From NCBI GenBank assembly GCA_951406725.2, contig OX597829.1, positions 11,842,001 to 11,906,000 of the forward strand: a DNA stretch of 64,000 bases. The letters run 5' to 3'. The stretch is from Octopus vulgaris. Its lineage: Eukaryota. The position numbers and the translations under genes are program-made. Of this stretch, positions 23,575 through 35,959 are shown piece by piece (position 1 is the stretch's first letter; every line of letters begins with the position of its first letter). A model generated the notes under the pieces. It had not been told where the DNA came from, did not search any database, and worked only from the letters and a program-made list of their open reading frames with translations.

Positions 23575-26430
23575 GCCTTTTTCGTCAGCGAACGGTGTTG
23601 TTTTCAGTTGTTACCTGCGGTATGTGAGTTCGTTTCCTGTTCTGTTATTGTGAACTTTGTTATAGTTGAATTGAAAATTTTATTGGAATTTGAACTGTTG
23701 TCCTGTGGAAAACTAATTTTCGCCCTACGGGGTAGAAAATTTCAGTAAAAGAAGTAAAAGCGGTGGAAAAACCTGAAAACACAACAGGAAAAAAGACAGA
23801 ATAAGTGAAAGAGAAAACAAGAAAAAAGAAACAAGCGAAGATATGGACTTCACTACTGTAACGCATTAACAAAAGAAAACGCATGTCCCGGATTCCCCTC
23901 CCCAAATAAAAAATCATCGAAGCATGCAGACACACATTACCAAACCCCCAACCCAATCCCACACTAAAACAATTTGCCAAACCCCTCCCACAGAGAAAAA
24001 AATGAAAAAAATAATAGCATTCAGAGAAAAAAAATGAGACATTAAACAGAATCATTAGATCACATCACAAAGCAAGAATATACAAAGTATCAGAATACAA
24101 TATAACTGGTCGTCCTGGATGTAACTCACGAAAGTAAACAGTCCATCAGGCTGGTAGCTGTCTACGCTCCTAACGAGCGTGGGGACTCTGGTTTTTCCGA
24201 GACCTGGAGAACTTTATAGTGACGTCTAAAACGGTAGTTCTGTTAGGAGACCTTAACATTATACTCGATACACGGGGGTATAGTGTTGGCTCGACTGATA
24301 GGAAAGGAAATCCTGGCCTCAAGAGTATACTAGAGAGCTTTAATCTAGTAGACCGTTACAAACTGGATGAGCCGAACGTTCCACAGTGGACGTGGAGTAA
24401 AAACGACGGCTCTCACAGATCTTACATAGATAGGGTATTCGTTAGAGATAGAGATAAGGATACTTTTAGTTGTCCACAATTTGATATAGTACCTTACACG
24501 GATCACAAATTTGTGATGTGTGAGGTACGCGTAGATAAATGTCATAGACAGGAATCCGGGTACTGGAAGATGAACAAGTCTATTTTGACTTGTGAAGATT
24601 TCCGTGCACTAAGTACAGAGGGCATTATGTGGCGCCATCATTAATAATAGATGGTGGCATGCCCTCAAGAGAGCCATTCGTTTATAGTCTATTGGATTTA
24701 GCAATCAGCTAAGTTTAGATAGATGTAGAATAGAGTGTAAGTTGGTTAAGGGCTTAGACGAGGCCTTGAAATCTGGCTCTGCATCTAGTGTGCTAACAGC
24801 GAGAACGGACTTGTACCGTCACCTCAACGTCAAGCACGAAGGCTGCAGAGTTGGAGCTAAGCTATGTGCAGAAGGATGAGAAGATATTAACGTACTGGAT
24901 GGGCACGTCGTGTGGAGAATCAGAGGGGTAAAAAAGCCTCTATAAAGTCTTTAACGGACGAACGGGGACACAAGATCTATGGTCAAGATGAGATGCAAAA
25001 GTCCTTTCATCAGCATTTCGCCCGGTTGTTCCGCAGGGCGACGTGCTAGAGCGTGGGGAGTCCCTAAAGGGCTTTCTCACCGGCGGGCCGCGACTCTCAG
25101 TACGGGAGGTGAGGTACTGTGAAAGGCCGATTACAGCTGCGGAGGTCAAAGAGGCATTGGCCGAGTGCGCCGGGGAAAAGTCGCCGGGGCTGGATGGTCT
25201 ACCCTATGAGTTTTATCGTAGCATGCCGGACGTTGGAGGAGCTGCTGGCTAGCGTCTACATAAACTGGCAATAGAATGGGAGAATTCCCAGCTCTGTGAG
25301 TCAGGGAGTGGCGACGCTGATCCAGAAGGATCCGAACAACGGAGTTATTATAAGTAATTACAGGGCCATACTCCTACTCAATGTAAAGTTAAAGATTTTG
25401 GCCAAGGTGTTAGCTAAAAGGTTGACTCGTGTCGTAGAGGAACTTGTAGGGAAGGCACAGACATGCTCCATCCCAGGCAGGTCGATCCAGGACAATCTTC
25501 ACCTTATACGCTACACCTTAGACAGGTTGGGTAAATTAACCGGCAAAGGAGCGGCACTGGCCCATTTAGACCAAAGTAAAGCTTTTGATGGGGTAGACCA
25601 CCAGTACCTGGCGGCAGTCTTTCAGGTGGCCGGGCCCTGATTTCTGTGGTTGGATCTCCGCCATGTATAGTGGCACAGTCCAGATAAACGGCTACCTGTC
25701 AGAGCCGTTTTCGATCGTGCGTTCAGTTCGTCAAGGGTGGCCCCAATCTCCGCTTCTGTACGTGTTGGCTCTTGAGCCATTGCTGCGGAAGTTGGAGAAT
25801 TAAGGGGGGGGCGCCCCCAAAGAAATCGGTTGCGGTAAGTCGGTCTCTGCTTACGCGGATGACATGACGTCACCATCATCGTGTCCATTGAAGCTCAGCT
25901 ACTTTGTGAAGAGAAGGCTATCATAGGATACGATGCGGTGGTAGGGGCAAAAGTTAACAAGGACAAGTCCATCGGATTGCGCCTCGGCACCTGGAGGAAC
26001 AAGTCGATATCGTCGAGTATCGGGAGTCACTGGACAGATGGTTCTGTTAAGTTGCTTGGAGTTTGGTTTGGACCGGATTCCCAGACGGAGAACTGGAGTG
26101 AGGTGGTAGAGAAGGTAGAGGCCCTAGTCCGGACCTGAAAGGAAGGGTGAGGTGGTACAGGTGTTTATTGCATCTGTAATCACCTACCGACTGACCGTTG
26201 TTTCTTGCCCTGACACATGACTGAACAAGTTGGAGCGATTCCTCTGCTGCGATTTGTGGAAGGGAGGAAAGCCACTTGTGAGGCGCTCTGTTTGCTGCCA
26301 GGAACCGCTGATGGGTGGGTTACTGATAACCTTGTTGATAATGTGCAAGACTTGAGTTGAGGCTGAGGCATATCTGGCGCTACCTGGAGGGTGATAAGCT
26401 GTGGAATCCGCTGGATGTTCTAGTACCATG
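23575..26430 (+). mobile_element. Second Tx1/L1-clade LINE, internally deleted and 3'-truncated, directly downstream of the first
   Basis: APE endonuclease (IRLVAVYAPN, VLLGDLN, WTWS, SYIDR, YTDHK), KSPGLDGLP, LDQSKAFD, YAD, WTDGSVKLLGVWFG; many stops. Confidence 0.88.
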
Positions 26431-26610
26431 GGTTATTTTGATTGACAAAACTGAGCTGTAAACAACAGCCGCTTCGATTAGCCGTTTCGTATCCTGCCCG
26501 AGACTGAAACACTTCAATAACCACTAAAAAATCACACACACTTTTTCCATTTTATTTTTGCTATTACCCGTTCTCGCAACTCCTTCGTATCTACGATGGG
26601 GCTACGAACT

Positions 26611-29370
26611 TGTAGTGACGCTATACAGCGGCGCGCTCGCGCACCGTCCATTTGTATTTCGCGCGTGTTGGTACCTTTACCAAGGCAGAGAGAGGAAGGG
26701 CCCTCTCGCGCATGCGCGAAGCACCGGAAGAAGAACCCTATTGCTTACGTAGCAGTTAGCGAGGCAAGGGGTCGTAGAACGTTTGACCGCTAGCGGCAGC
26801 AGCGGCGACTTGGGACGGCAGCGATTGAACGCGGCGGTCGCGATGTATTTTCTCTCCGTTCGAACTAGCTTCTAGCAGTCCTTACCAAAAGGGCTTTAAC
26901 CAAATTGTTGCAGACTAACATCGTCTCCATTGTTCGACGCCATTTTGACCCGGTCTGTTTTTGGCGGCTGAATATTGTAAATATTACAATCGATTAACTT
27001 TCAGCCTTGCGCGCCTAGAACCAAGGACATCAGATAACACACTTATTGTTATTGTTACCAAGAAAGAGAATAAAGTAGTATATATATATTTTACGTCTGC
27101 GTCATGTTGTTTCTGACGGGCAGAGATTCTGGATAATTAACGAACGAGTAAGTGATTGCTTTCTTGTACCCCGAAAGTACAAGACAAGATATTCACTCAC
27201 ACTAAGTTCGTAACAGTGGTGACCTCCCGACGTGATTCTGGTCTAAAACCAGAGATCACTTATCAACAAAAAAAAAATCCAGTTTTTCTGCGAAGTCGGA
27301 ACACGATTTAACACTACGCATTCATCTTTCGACGATTTGTTTCCGGCCACCACAAACAGTTGTAGAAGGAGCCCCTTTTCTTATTCTACAACCATGATGA
27401 CGAACGCCATCAATTCATCGATGCTTTTTCTCTGCCTTCGTCATCACCATCGTCGTCTGTCTACTTCACGTCGTCGCTATCTTCGTCGCCATCATCACTA
27501 AGAACGATGTTGTCTCAAGTCCACTACAGTCGCCACCACCACAGTCGCTTTTCAACACCGTCGACCTCCACAGATGTACATAGCAACTCGCGGAAGTTTG
27601 GTCCACTTGCCGTTTGTGCATTAGCACACCAAGAATTCACAGCCCAGCACTATCTACGAGATTTCTTCTGTTCCAGTTAACCTATCACAGCATTGAAGCC
27701 ACAACCGCTACACGATATGTGTTCAATCGGCATCTGCATTTGTGATCTCAACATTCTGTTACAGAACGAACTGCTATTGTACATCAGGCTATCACAGACT
27801 GGTAAATTAACTCTTGTCTGAAATAGCACTTGAGAGACATTTTTTCTATGCGCTGTTTTTATATTTTGCTCGCATTCACCTTGTATGTATTTCTGTCGCA
27901 CACACGTACACACACATAAATGCTCTCTCTCACATACATACGTCACACATGCTTTTCTCGCTTGTTTGTTCCATGCTAAATTTGCCTTTTTGTGGACACC
28001 CCTCATTTCTATAGACCCTAGGTCGGTCACGTATACATAGAGAGGGTTGTTTGTCCATTATAACGCGCCAGCATGTCATACCTTTGTTCCTGTACGAACG
28101 AGGCATATAATCGCTCAACCACTGGCATATTCTTGCTGTTTTTTTGGTCTGGCAAGCTCTATTGCATTTCATGCGCCTTTTGCTTCGCACGTGTGTTTGC
28201 CTTGTTTTTTGCAACACGTTTGCAGTGGCTTAGTTTTTTTCCCGACTCATAGGACGTCGGATGTTCACATGCGCTGCGCCATGTTTAGGTGTAATTATTT
28301 TTCCCTGTTAGACCACTGTTGGTCACGTAATTAACAGAAAATTATCTGTGTCGCGCATCACACCAGCATGTTTGCACTTTTGCCTTTTGTGTTACTAGCG
28401 AGCTTCTGCCAATTCCATTTCCTCTCCTGCAGCAATTGATTTAACTGCTATTTTGCAGGATTAACCACCTTTAGAGAAGTTGGATTTAATTTCGCCTAGG
28501 TTCATTGACTGTGAGTTTTGCTTTCCCTCCGCTTCCTACAGCGGAAGGCTCTATACTTTGTGACGTATACACTTTCATGCATGCACTCTTGATTTTTGCT
28601 CATTGAGTATTTTTTCTCTTTTTCCTTTGGTAAATTTCTTGTGTATGTTATAAATTTTGCCATTATATTATTGTGTGCTATTTGGTTATCTGGTGTCCAC
28701 CTTGAGTTTTATAGTCACTACAGGGAATTTTGTGTCGTGCTCACGCACTGGGGTGGAGCTCTGTAGTGACGCTATACAGCGGCGCGCTCGCGCACCGTCC
28801 ATTTGTATTTCGCGCGTGTTGGTGCCTTTACCAAGGCAGAGAGAGGAAGGGCCCTCTCGCGCATGCGCGAAGCACCGGAAGAAGAACCCTATTGCTTACG
28901 TAGCAGTTAGCGAGGCAAGGGGTCGTAGAACGTTTGACCGCTAGCGGCAGCAGCGGCGACTTGGGACGGCAGCGATTGAACGCGGCGGTCGCGATGTATT
29001 TTCTCTCCGTTCGAACTAGCTTCTAGCAGTCCTTACCAAAAGGGCTTTAACCAAATTGTTGCAGACTAACATCGTCTCCATTGTTCGACGCCATTTTGAC
29101 CCGTTCTGTTTTTGGCGGCTGAATATTGTAAATATTACAATCGATTAACTTTCAGCCTTGCGCGCCCAGAACCAAGGACATCAGATAACACACTTATTGT
29201 TATTGTTACCAAGAAAGAGAATAAAGTAGTATATATATATTTTACGTCTGCGTCATGTTGTTTCTGACTTGTAGAGAATCTGGATTATTGAAGCAACGGC
29301 TAGTGAGTGATTGCTTTCTTGTACACCGAAAGTACAAGACAAGATATTCACTCACACTAAGTTCGTTACA
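26611..29370 (+). mobile_element. Non-autonomous LTR retrotransposon (TRIM/LARD-like), young
   Basis: LTRs 26611-27215 and 28762-29370 (TG...CA), near identical; 4-bp TSD AACT; PBS TGGTGACCTCCCGACGTGAT (tRNA-Trp type) at 27217-27236; purine tract GGGGTGGAG before 3' LTR; 1.55-kb interior without gag/pol. Confidence 0.9.
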
Positions 29371-29910
29371 AACTGTACAAATAAAATCCAGGGTTACACG
29401 TCGGTGAATTTTTAATAAAAATAAGAAGGTGGTTTATCAATTTAAAAATCGATATCCGCGAAATAATCCTACTTTCTGATTTATTAATGCTAAAAACCTT
29501 CCTGACGACCGTCTTTGTAATCCCGAAAAATACCGTAACCATTGGGCCGTGAAGAGAGAACAGACAAAGAGACGGACAGACAGGCGGACATAAGCCCATT
29601 ATAGTACGATAACAAATCTGCCCATCTACGACGGGAAATAAAGAGATAGTATCGCAAATTTCTAAATTCACGAGCTATGCGATGGGTGGGGGGAATCCAG
29701 TGTTAATCCTCGTCGCCGAAATTTAACAAAAATAAAGGTGGCTTATTACTATAAAACTCAATATTCACTAAATAATCATACTTTTTCACATTTTTTTTTC
29801 GCTAAAAACTTTCCTGATTTATAATCCCGAAAAACATCGTGACCATTGGTCAAGCCGTTTGACCGTGGAGAGGGAACAGACAGACATAACGCCCATTATA
29901 GTAAGATATA
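29371..29910 (+). mobile_element. Two tandem related Helitron/Helentron-like non-autonomous repeats (first one interrupted by the LTR element)
   Basis: Both end in (GACA)n-CATAA(C)GCCCATTATAGTA(C/A)GAT (~29608, ~29906) and share gctaaaa..ttcctga..aatcccgaaaaa..cgt.accattgg; family assignment is inference. Confidence 0.45.
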
Positions 29911-31425
29911 TATAAGAACATTATAGCATGACCTGCTGCAAATCATATAGTTGTGCTAACTACTACATTACAAACATTGAGCATCCAAATTAATAATAGC
30001 TACGACGGTATAAATGACCTGTCAATGGCAATCGCAGTCCACGTAATTTCAAGGTGTATTAATATATATCTAACTGAAAAGAAGGCAGAACGAGTTGTCA
30101 GATCGTGTGCAGAATTCGAAAGCCAAGCGTGTTGTAAACCACGATATAACAAATTTCGACCTCCCAAATTAGTAAACTATGGTTATATGATAATAACCTT
30201 AAGAAGGGGAGATTAGTTCATACACACCCATGTAAAAGTGAAAATATTTCATACCGTCTATCTCTTTATTAATGAAAACAAAGTTTGCATCCATATCATT
30301 CCAGAATTGTTGGAATCTATTATACATTTATTTTCATTAAACGTGGAAATTTTTTTTCTCTCCATTCTTTATCCACACTGGCCCACCCATAAGAAAAATC
30401 GTACTACTCAACATTTTGACACGCTTTTATTACTAATCGCATAAAATTTCTAACCACTGAGCTCATATTGGACATCCTGAACGTTAATAATAACTTTTCA
30501 TTTTAATTCATTCTTAGTAAATTTGTATTCAAAATTTTTTTTATGAGATAGTTTAAAGAATTCAGTGGGAACATTTCTCTAATGTTACTCAGCTTCGTGA
30601 TTTTGTCAGAACTAATTTTAGATACACTGATACAAATCACACGGAGAAAGGGGAAATAAAAATACTTTATTCTGTCTAACTAATGACTAAACCGGTTTAA
30701 TTCACTATTTTCTGTACCAGTTGGTTCTGCCAACGGCACTCTAGAAGGTAAGAAGAATGTTCTAGTTATTTTGTCTTTCTAAATAAGCAACAGTCGTCTT
30801 ACAGGTACCTCACAGTGACTGAATTATTAAAAATCCTTTTGTAATTAACAATATAGAAAATTCGCATACTTTCTTTTTTTCTTGTTTCCCTTGAAATTAG
30901 AAAAGATTATGCAAACCGTCCGTGTCAACTAAATATTTGGCAACATGTATAAACATGTTTTGGTTGCTAAAACTTATTAAGGACAGGCATAGTAAATGGA
31001 TTATTCTCATTTCTTTTATATCATGAAACTGATAAAGTGAATTCTCAACCTTTAGTTGAATTGGCAGTGTCGAGATTTGATTTCGGTGACATCAAATTTT
31101 TCCTTCGCTCTTTCAGCATCGATAAAAAGAATTAGAGTCAAGTATCGAGGTAGATATAATCAACTTTACCCCTCCCTCAAAATGTCTGGAATGTAACTGT
31201 GAAATAAAGTAATTTTGTAACTTTATCATTTGCCACGAGGCTGCTACATCAAGTGCATTGAAGTCAGAGTATTGTACTTTGAGAAAGTCTCAAAATTTCT
31301 GGAAAGCACCTTGAAACACTACATATGTAGCAATATTGTTTTCTTCATTGCTATCTTCACCGTTTGAGAGAAATATTAAGAATGATCTCGTTTGAGATTA
31401 CAAACATCTTTGGCTAGTTTAACGT

Positions 31426-31941
31426 TGTTGTGTCCACTATTTTGATTGGTTGGCATCTAAGCGCGGTCTGTCTCTCTACTTATTTCGCGCCACTGGCCAA
31501 AGCCAACCAATCACGGCCTTTGGTTAAGGTCCCATTTCCTAGGCTCTGTTGAGCCACCTTACTTGTATATAAGGGAGTGTTTTCAGTATACTTGCGTCTT
31601 TGGTTTCTAGTCCTTATGAGGACTAAACCTCTGACCACAGAGCTACTCAACATGTTCTAGTCACAGCGACAGACGATCAGCCACGACGACGCTAATGTAC
31701 ACTCACCACAGAAAGCCTGCTATCTCCGCCGCCGTCGTTACCATCATTGTACCAACATCGTCTCCATCTACGAAGATTCAACTTGTACACGACAAGATAA
31801 ATACAGATTCAACTCATGCTGTTAGGTGAAAATTTCACCACGGAAAAACAGTTGCAGTTTATATATCTGAAAGAATATCTATATCAAGAGAAAGATAAGC
31901 ACAACAAGTGATTCAACTAATCTCAGCTCCGAGACACAACA
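31426..31941 (+). mobile_element. Probable solo LTR
   Basis: 9-bp inverted termini TGTTGTGTC...GACACAACA, CCAAT and TATATAA motifs; shares AACATCGTCTCCAT with the 26.6-kb LTR; no TSD found. Confidence 0.55.
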
Positions 31942-32282
31942 TCTTGATATTGAACGCTTACACTTCGTGTACCTCATGAGCAGTAAATCAATTTCCATCA
32001 TTAACTCTATGCTCTGTACCTACTATGTCACACGCTTTCACCCTTATTGTATCTGTCACACACACGAACACACAGACACAAACACGCGTTGCATGCGCAC
32101 ACGCGTGTTAACGTTTACTAACTCCTAACATTGACACGGTTGTAAAATAAAATAATATCTATCTCTCAAACGGTGGAACGGCTTGTCGTTAATCCACCTA
32201 TGTTCTTTTTCGTTAGGAATATGGCCACGTGCGATCGTATTCCCTACACAATGCGACCACGTGCGTTCATATTCCTTACACA

Positions 32283-32534
32283 TGCATGCATACATACATA
32301 CATACATACATACGTACGTACGTACGTACATACATACATACATACATACATACATACATACGTACATACATACATACATACATACGTACATACATACATA
32401 CATACATACATACATACATACATACATACATACGTACATACGTACATACATACATACATACATACATACATACGTACATACATACATACATACATACATA
32501 CATACATACATACATACATACATACATACATACA

Positions 32535-32568
<34 letters not shown>

Positions 32569-32665
32569 CATACATGCATGCATACATACATACATGCATG
32601 CATACATACATACATACATACATACATACATACATACATACATACATACATACATACATACATAC
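32283..32665. repeat. (TACA)n tetranucleotide microsatellite
   Basis: Seen directly; source of the spurious MYVC/HTYI ORFs. Confidence 0.97.
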
Positions 32666-34061
32666 AAGGAGTATATCTTCCGAGATCGGAGATATCGACG
32701 GGTTAATTGCCCTCATTAGAGGTTTAATTCAGTGCGTACTGCAAAAGCACTTCTACAATACTTCTAGCTATTTTTCATTTTCTGAACATGAAATAAGCAA
32801 ATGACATTTATGATGGTACTAGCAGAGATGCTCTGTGATGCTCAACTTTTGCATCGAAGTATCATGAAAAGAAGGATATGGGTTGAAGGACTGGTTACTA
32901 CGTTAAGTATATCAGGCTAAGACGTAGAAGTTTACATAACATGGGTTATTTGAGTGTAATTTGGCAGCTATTTCTGTCATTTTGTGATTTCAAGCAGAGG
33001 ATCCCTCATTGGATGGGATAGGAAGAGAAGTGGGTATTATTTGTCAGGTGCGAGGTGCATTGAAGATGTCTCTCGTTTGCTAAAACCTTTCTTATCCTTC
33101 AACTCACCACTCTCCTCATATCTTCCTTTCGCCTCATTCTTGCAATCTCTACTTTGCCTGCTTCTCATCATTCCATTATTCTTTATCGCACTGTTTCTCC
33201 ATGATGTTCACATGGTCGTGCGAGCCTTATCAGTTGCAGCCAGTTTTACTTTTCTTAATTTAGAGGGTGTAAAATTCTGTCTCTCGTTCATTTCTCTCTT
33301 TTCAACCTAAACGTTAGATTTTTCCACTCCTCACGGCAAGTTTTATTGATTTTACTGCATATTATAAATATTGCCAAAGCATCCAACACCAGCCCTTTTG
33401 GAGCCTGTTCGATCACACACACACTCATACACACGTGTATATATAGTGTAAATTAATATATATATATATATATATTATAAAAGTAATGCAAACAGGAAAA
33501 ATAGAACTCAAAATATGAGCATATGCATATTTCTATTCATATTTAGCAGAAGTAATAGAGTGACTCAAGGTCCGAGAATACCGTGCCAAGTGCCAACGCA
33601 CGAAACTCTCGGAACTTGAGTCACACTGTTACTTCTGTTAATTATTAATAAAAATATGTATTTCATATATATATAGAATATAGAATATGCGTGTGCATGG
33701 GTGCGTGCGCACGTGTGCTTGCGCGTGCGTGTGTGCGTACATATGTGCGTGCATGTGTGCGTGCATGTGTGTGTGTACTATGTAATGGAGATTAGGTGGC
33801 CTACACATCTTAGACAAAGTTATTCTGAGACTCGGTAGATAAGTACTGATTATGTGGACACTCACCTTTCTATGGCAGTCTTCAACCTATAGCACATCCT
33901 CTCAAAGAACAGGATCTGATCTTGAGAGTAATTCTAACTTTCCATTCTTGGATTTTAAAAAGGAACATCAATATACACTTTAAAATGGTCTCGATATAAA
34001 GCTAAAGATGTACCAGAAGGATTACATTTGTAAATAAAATACAACGGAATAGATGTAAAAT

Positions 34062-34378
34062 TGTTATTAAACTTTGTTACATTTATATATTTATTTTGCA
34101 AGATTTTTGATGTGAAATTGTGTGTTGAAACAGATATTGTTGTATTTAGGAAGGGTCATTTTGCCAGTTTAGCCAATAAAACACACGCACTATATATTTG
34201 GTCTTACTGATGAGGTCACGGGAGTGTGACGAAAGAACTCTGGCCAAAATAAGATTAAGATTAATGTAAAAAATGAATAACGCTGAAGCAAAGGAGCACC
34301 AAATATATAGTGCGTGTGTTTTATTGGCTAAACTGGCAAAATGACCCTTCCTAAATACAACAATATGTTATTAAACTT
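34062..34378 (+). mobile_element. Short PLE-type insertion: perfect 69-bp inverted repeat enclosing a hammerhead core
   Basis: Arms 34134-34202 and 34298-34366; CTGATGA-G-GTCAC(gggagt)GTGAC-GAAA-GAAC-TC at 34207-34240; 13-bp direct repeat TGTTATTAAACTT at 34062 and 34366. Confidence 0.75.
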
Positions 34379-35529
34379 GTTTTTTTTTATTACAAGTTAT
34401 TAAGAACTACTACTAAAAGTCTTTAAGTAGTATTCAACTGAAATTCCATTTTTGCTCATCTTTTTGATAAAAATTGGCACACTATAACTCACAAGGAAAT
34501 TTTAGAAAAGGGAAGTTTTGATACCTTGAGGGTACAGTGATATTTTCCGGAGAGGGAGGTACTCTTCCTAATTAAATTTTTTGATTGGGAGGGTAGTATG
34601 TCATATAAGAAATTCTTCTTCGCCATGTGGTTTGAAATGTAAAACCTTCAATGTACCCACTCCGTACAGGTATGGGAGTATTTGAAAAGACATTTTAATG
34701 GGGGCTATTGAAATTTTTTTATATTGTTGCTAACAATTAGCCTTAAAATTATTATTTGATTTTAAAATTTTATGAATATAAATATATTTTTTAATTTTAA
34801 CTATAGATGCAATCTTTTAAGTATAAATATGCTTGTCCTGTACTTGTCCAGGTTTAATAACTTAAGAATATCAACCTCCATGCACTCGCATTTTTCATTG
34901 TAATCCACTTTTTCTCCAGGCAATGGACAATTAATTAGTGACAATTCATAATTCATAATTTTACTTGATTAAAAATTTTTCATCTTATTCAATACTGTTA
35001 TAAAAATAGTTTGATGATTGAATTAAAATAAGAATAAGTATTTACTTAAATGAATTGTAAGAGCACTTTAGTTACTCTAGCTCGTGATAAAATTTAGAGA
35101 AAAAGAGAAATCTTATTATGATGCAAGGGAGGCAACTGTGTGTATTTTATATAATATAATTATATGCAACTTTACGCCCCCCTCACTTACTCATGTCTTA
35201 AGCTTTGCTTCGTAAATACAAACGATACTTAACCATCCATGATTTTAGTTTGCGTGCGAACTAGATTGCGTATACATATGTATACATGCATTTGTGTGTA
35301 TATTTTAGCTTTATATTTATACGTCTGTATATGTATGGGGTTCGCACGCATCTATTCTGTGTATGTTGATATATATGTATACTTTAATATGAATATGTAT
35401 TGCTGTGTTATATTTTTAATGCATATTTTTAATGCATTTCAATTTCCATGTATTAATTATATTTCCTTCATTAAGGTCAATATGTATTTTATTCAATGTA
35501 AGGTTTTTTTCCTCGAATTTTATAATTTT

Positions 35530-35573
<44 letters not shown>

Positions 35574-35700
35574 AGCTCATCTTTGTTTATCACTCAAAAA
35601 TTGACCGTTATTTCTAAAGGGCCAATCAAACAAGTCCATTTTTTAAAGGTGTAGCGTTTGTAATAGTCTGGATAGAATTGACATATCGGTTCCATTCTAG

Positions 35701-35750
35701 CAAAACCTGTCCGATGAACGGCAACGGGAAACTCAAAGTAACAGGTTTTG
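35701..35750 (+). ncRNA. Type-I hammerhead ribozyme (one core substitution) in a PLE 5' pLTR
   Basis: CAAAACCTGT-CCGATGA-A-cggcaacgg-GAAA-CT-CAA-AG-TA-ACAGGTTTTG; perfect 10-bp stem I; directly upstream of a Penelope ORF remnant. Confidence 0.65.
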
Positions 35751-35776
35751 TTGAATTTTCTGCTGCTTTAAATAAA

Positions 35777-35846
<70 letters not shown>

Positions 35847-35912
35847 TTTTTTAGGAAATAACAAACCTGTTCTGAGTGCCTATCGACATTTTTAGAGACA
35901 TCAATTCTATCA

Positions 35913-35958
<46 letters not shown>

Positions 35959-35959
35959 T

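Noticed and set aside
32125-32804. Long ORFs of 140-190 aa on both strands
   Set aside because: Translation of (TACA)n; the same applies to ORFs over the TA, TC, GA and ATT tracts.
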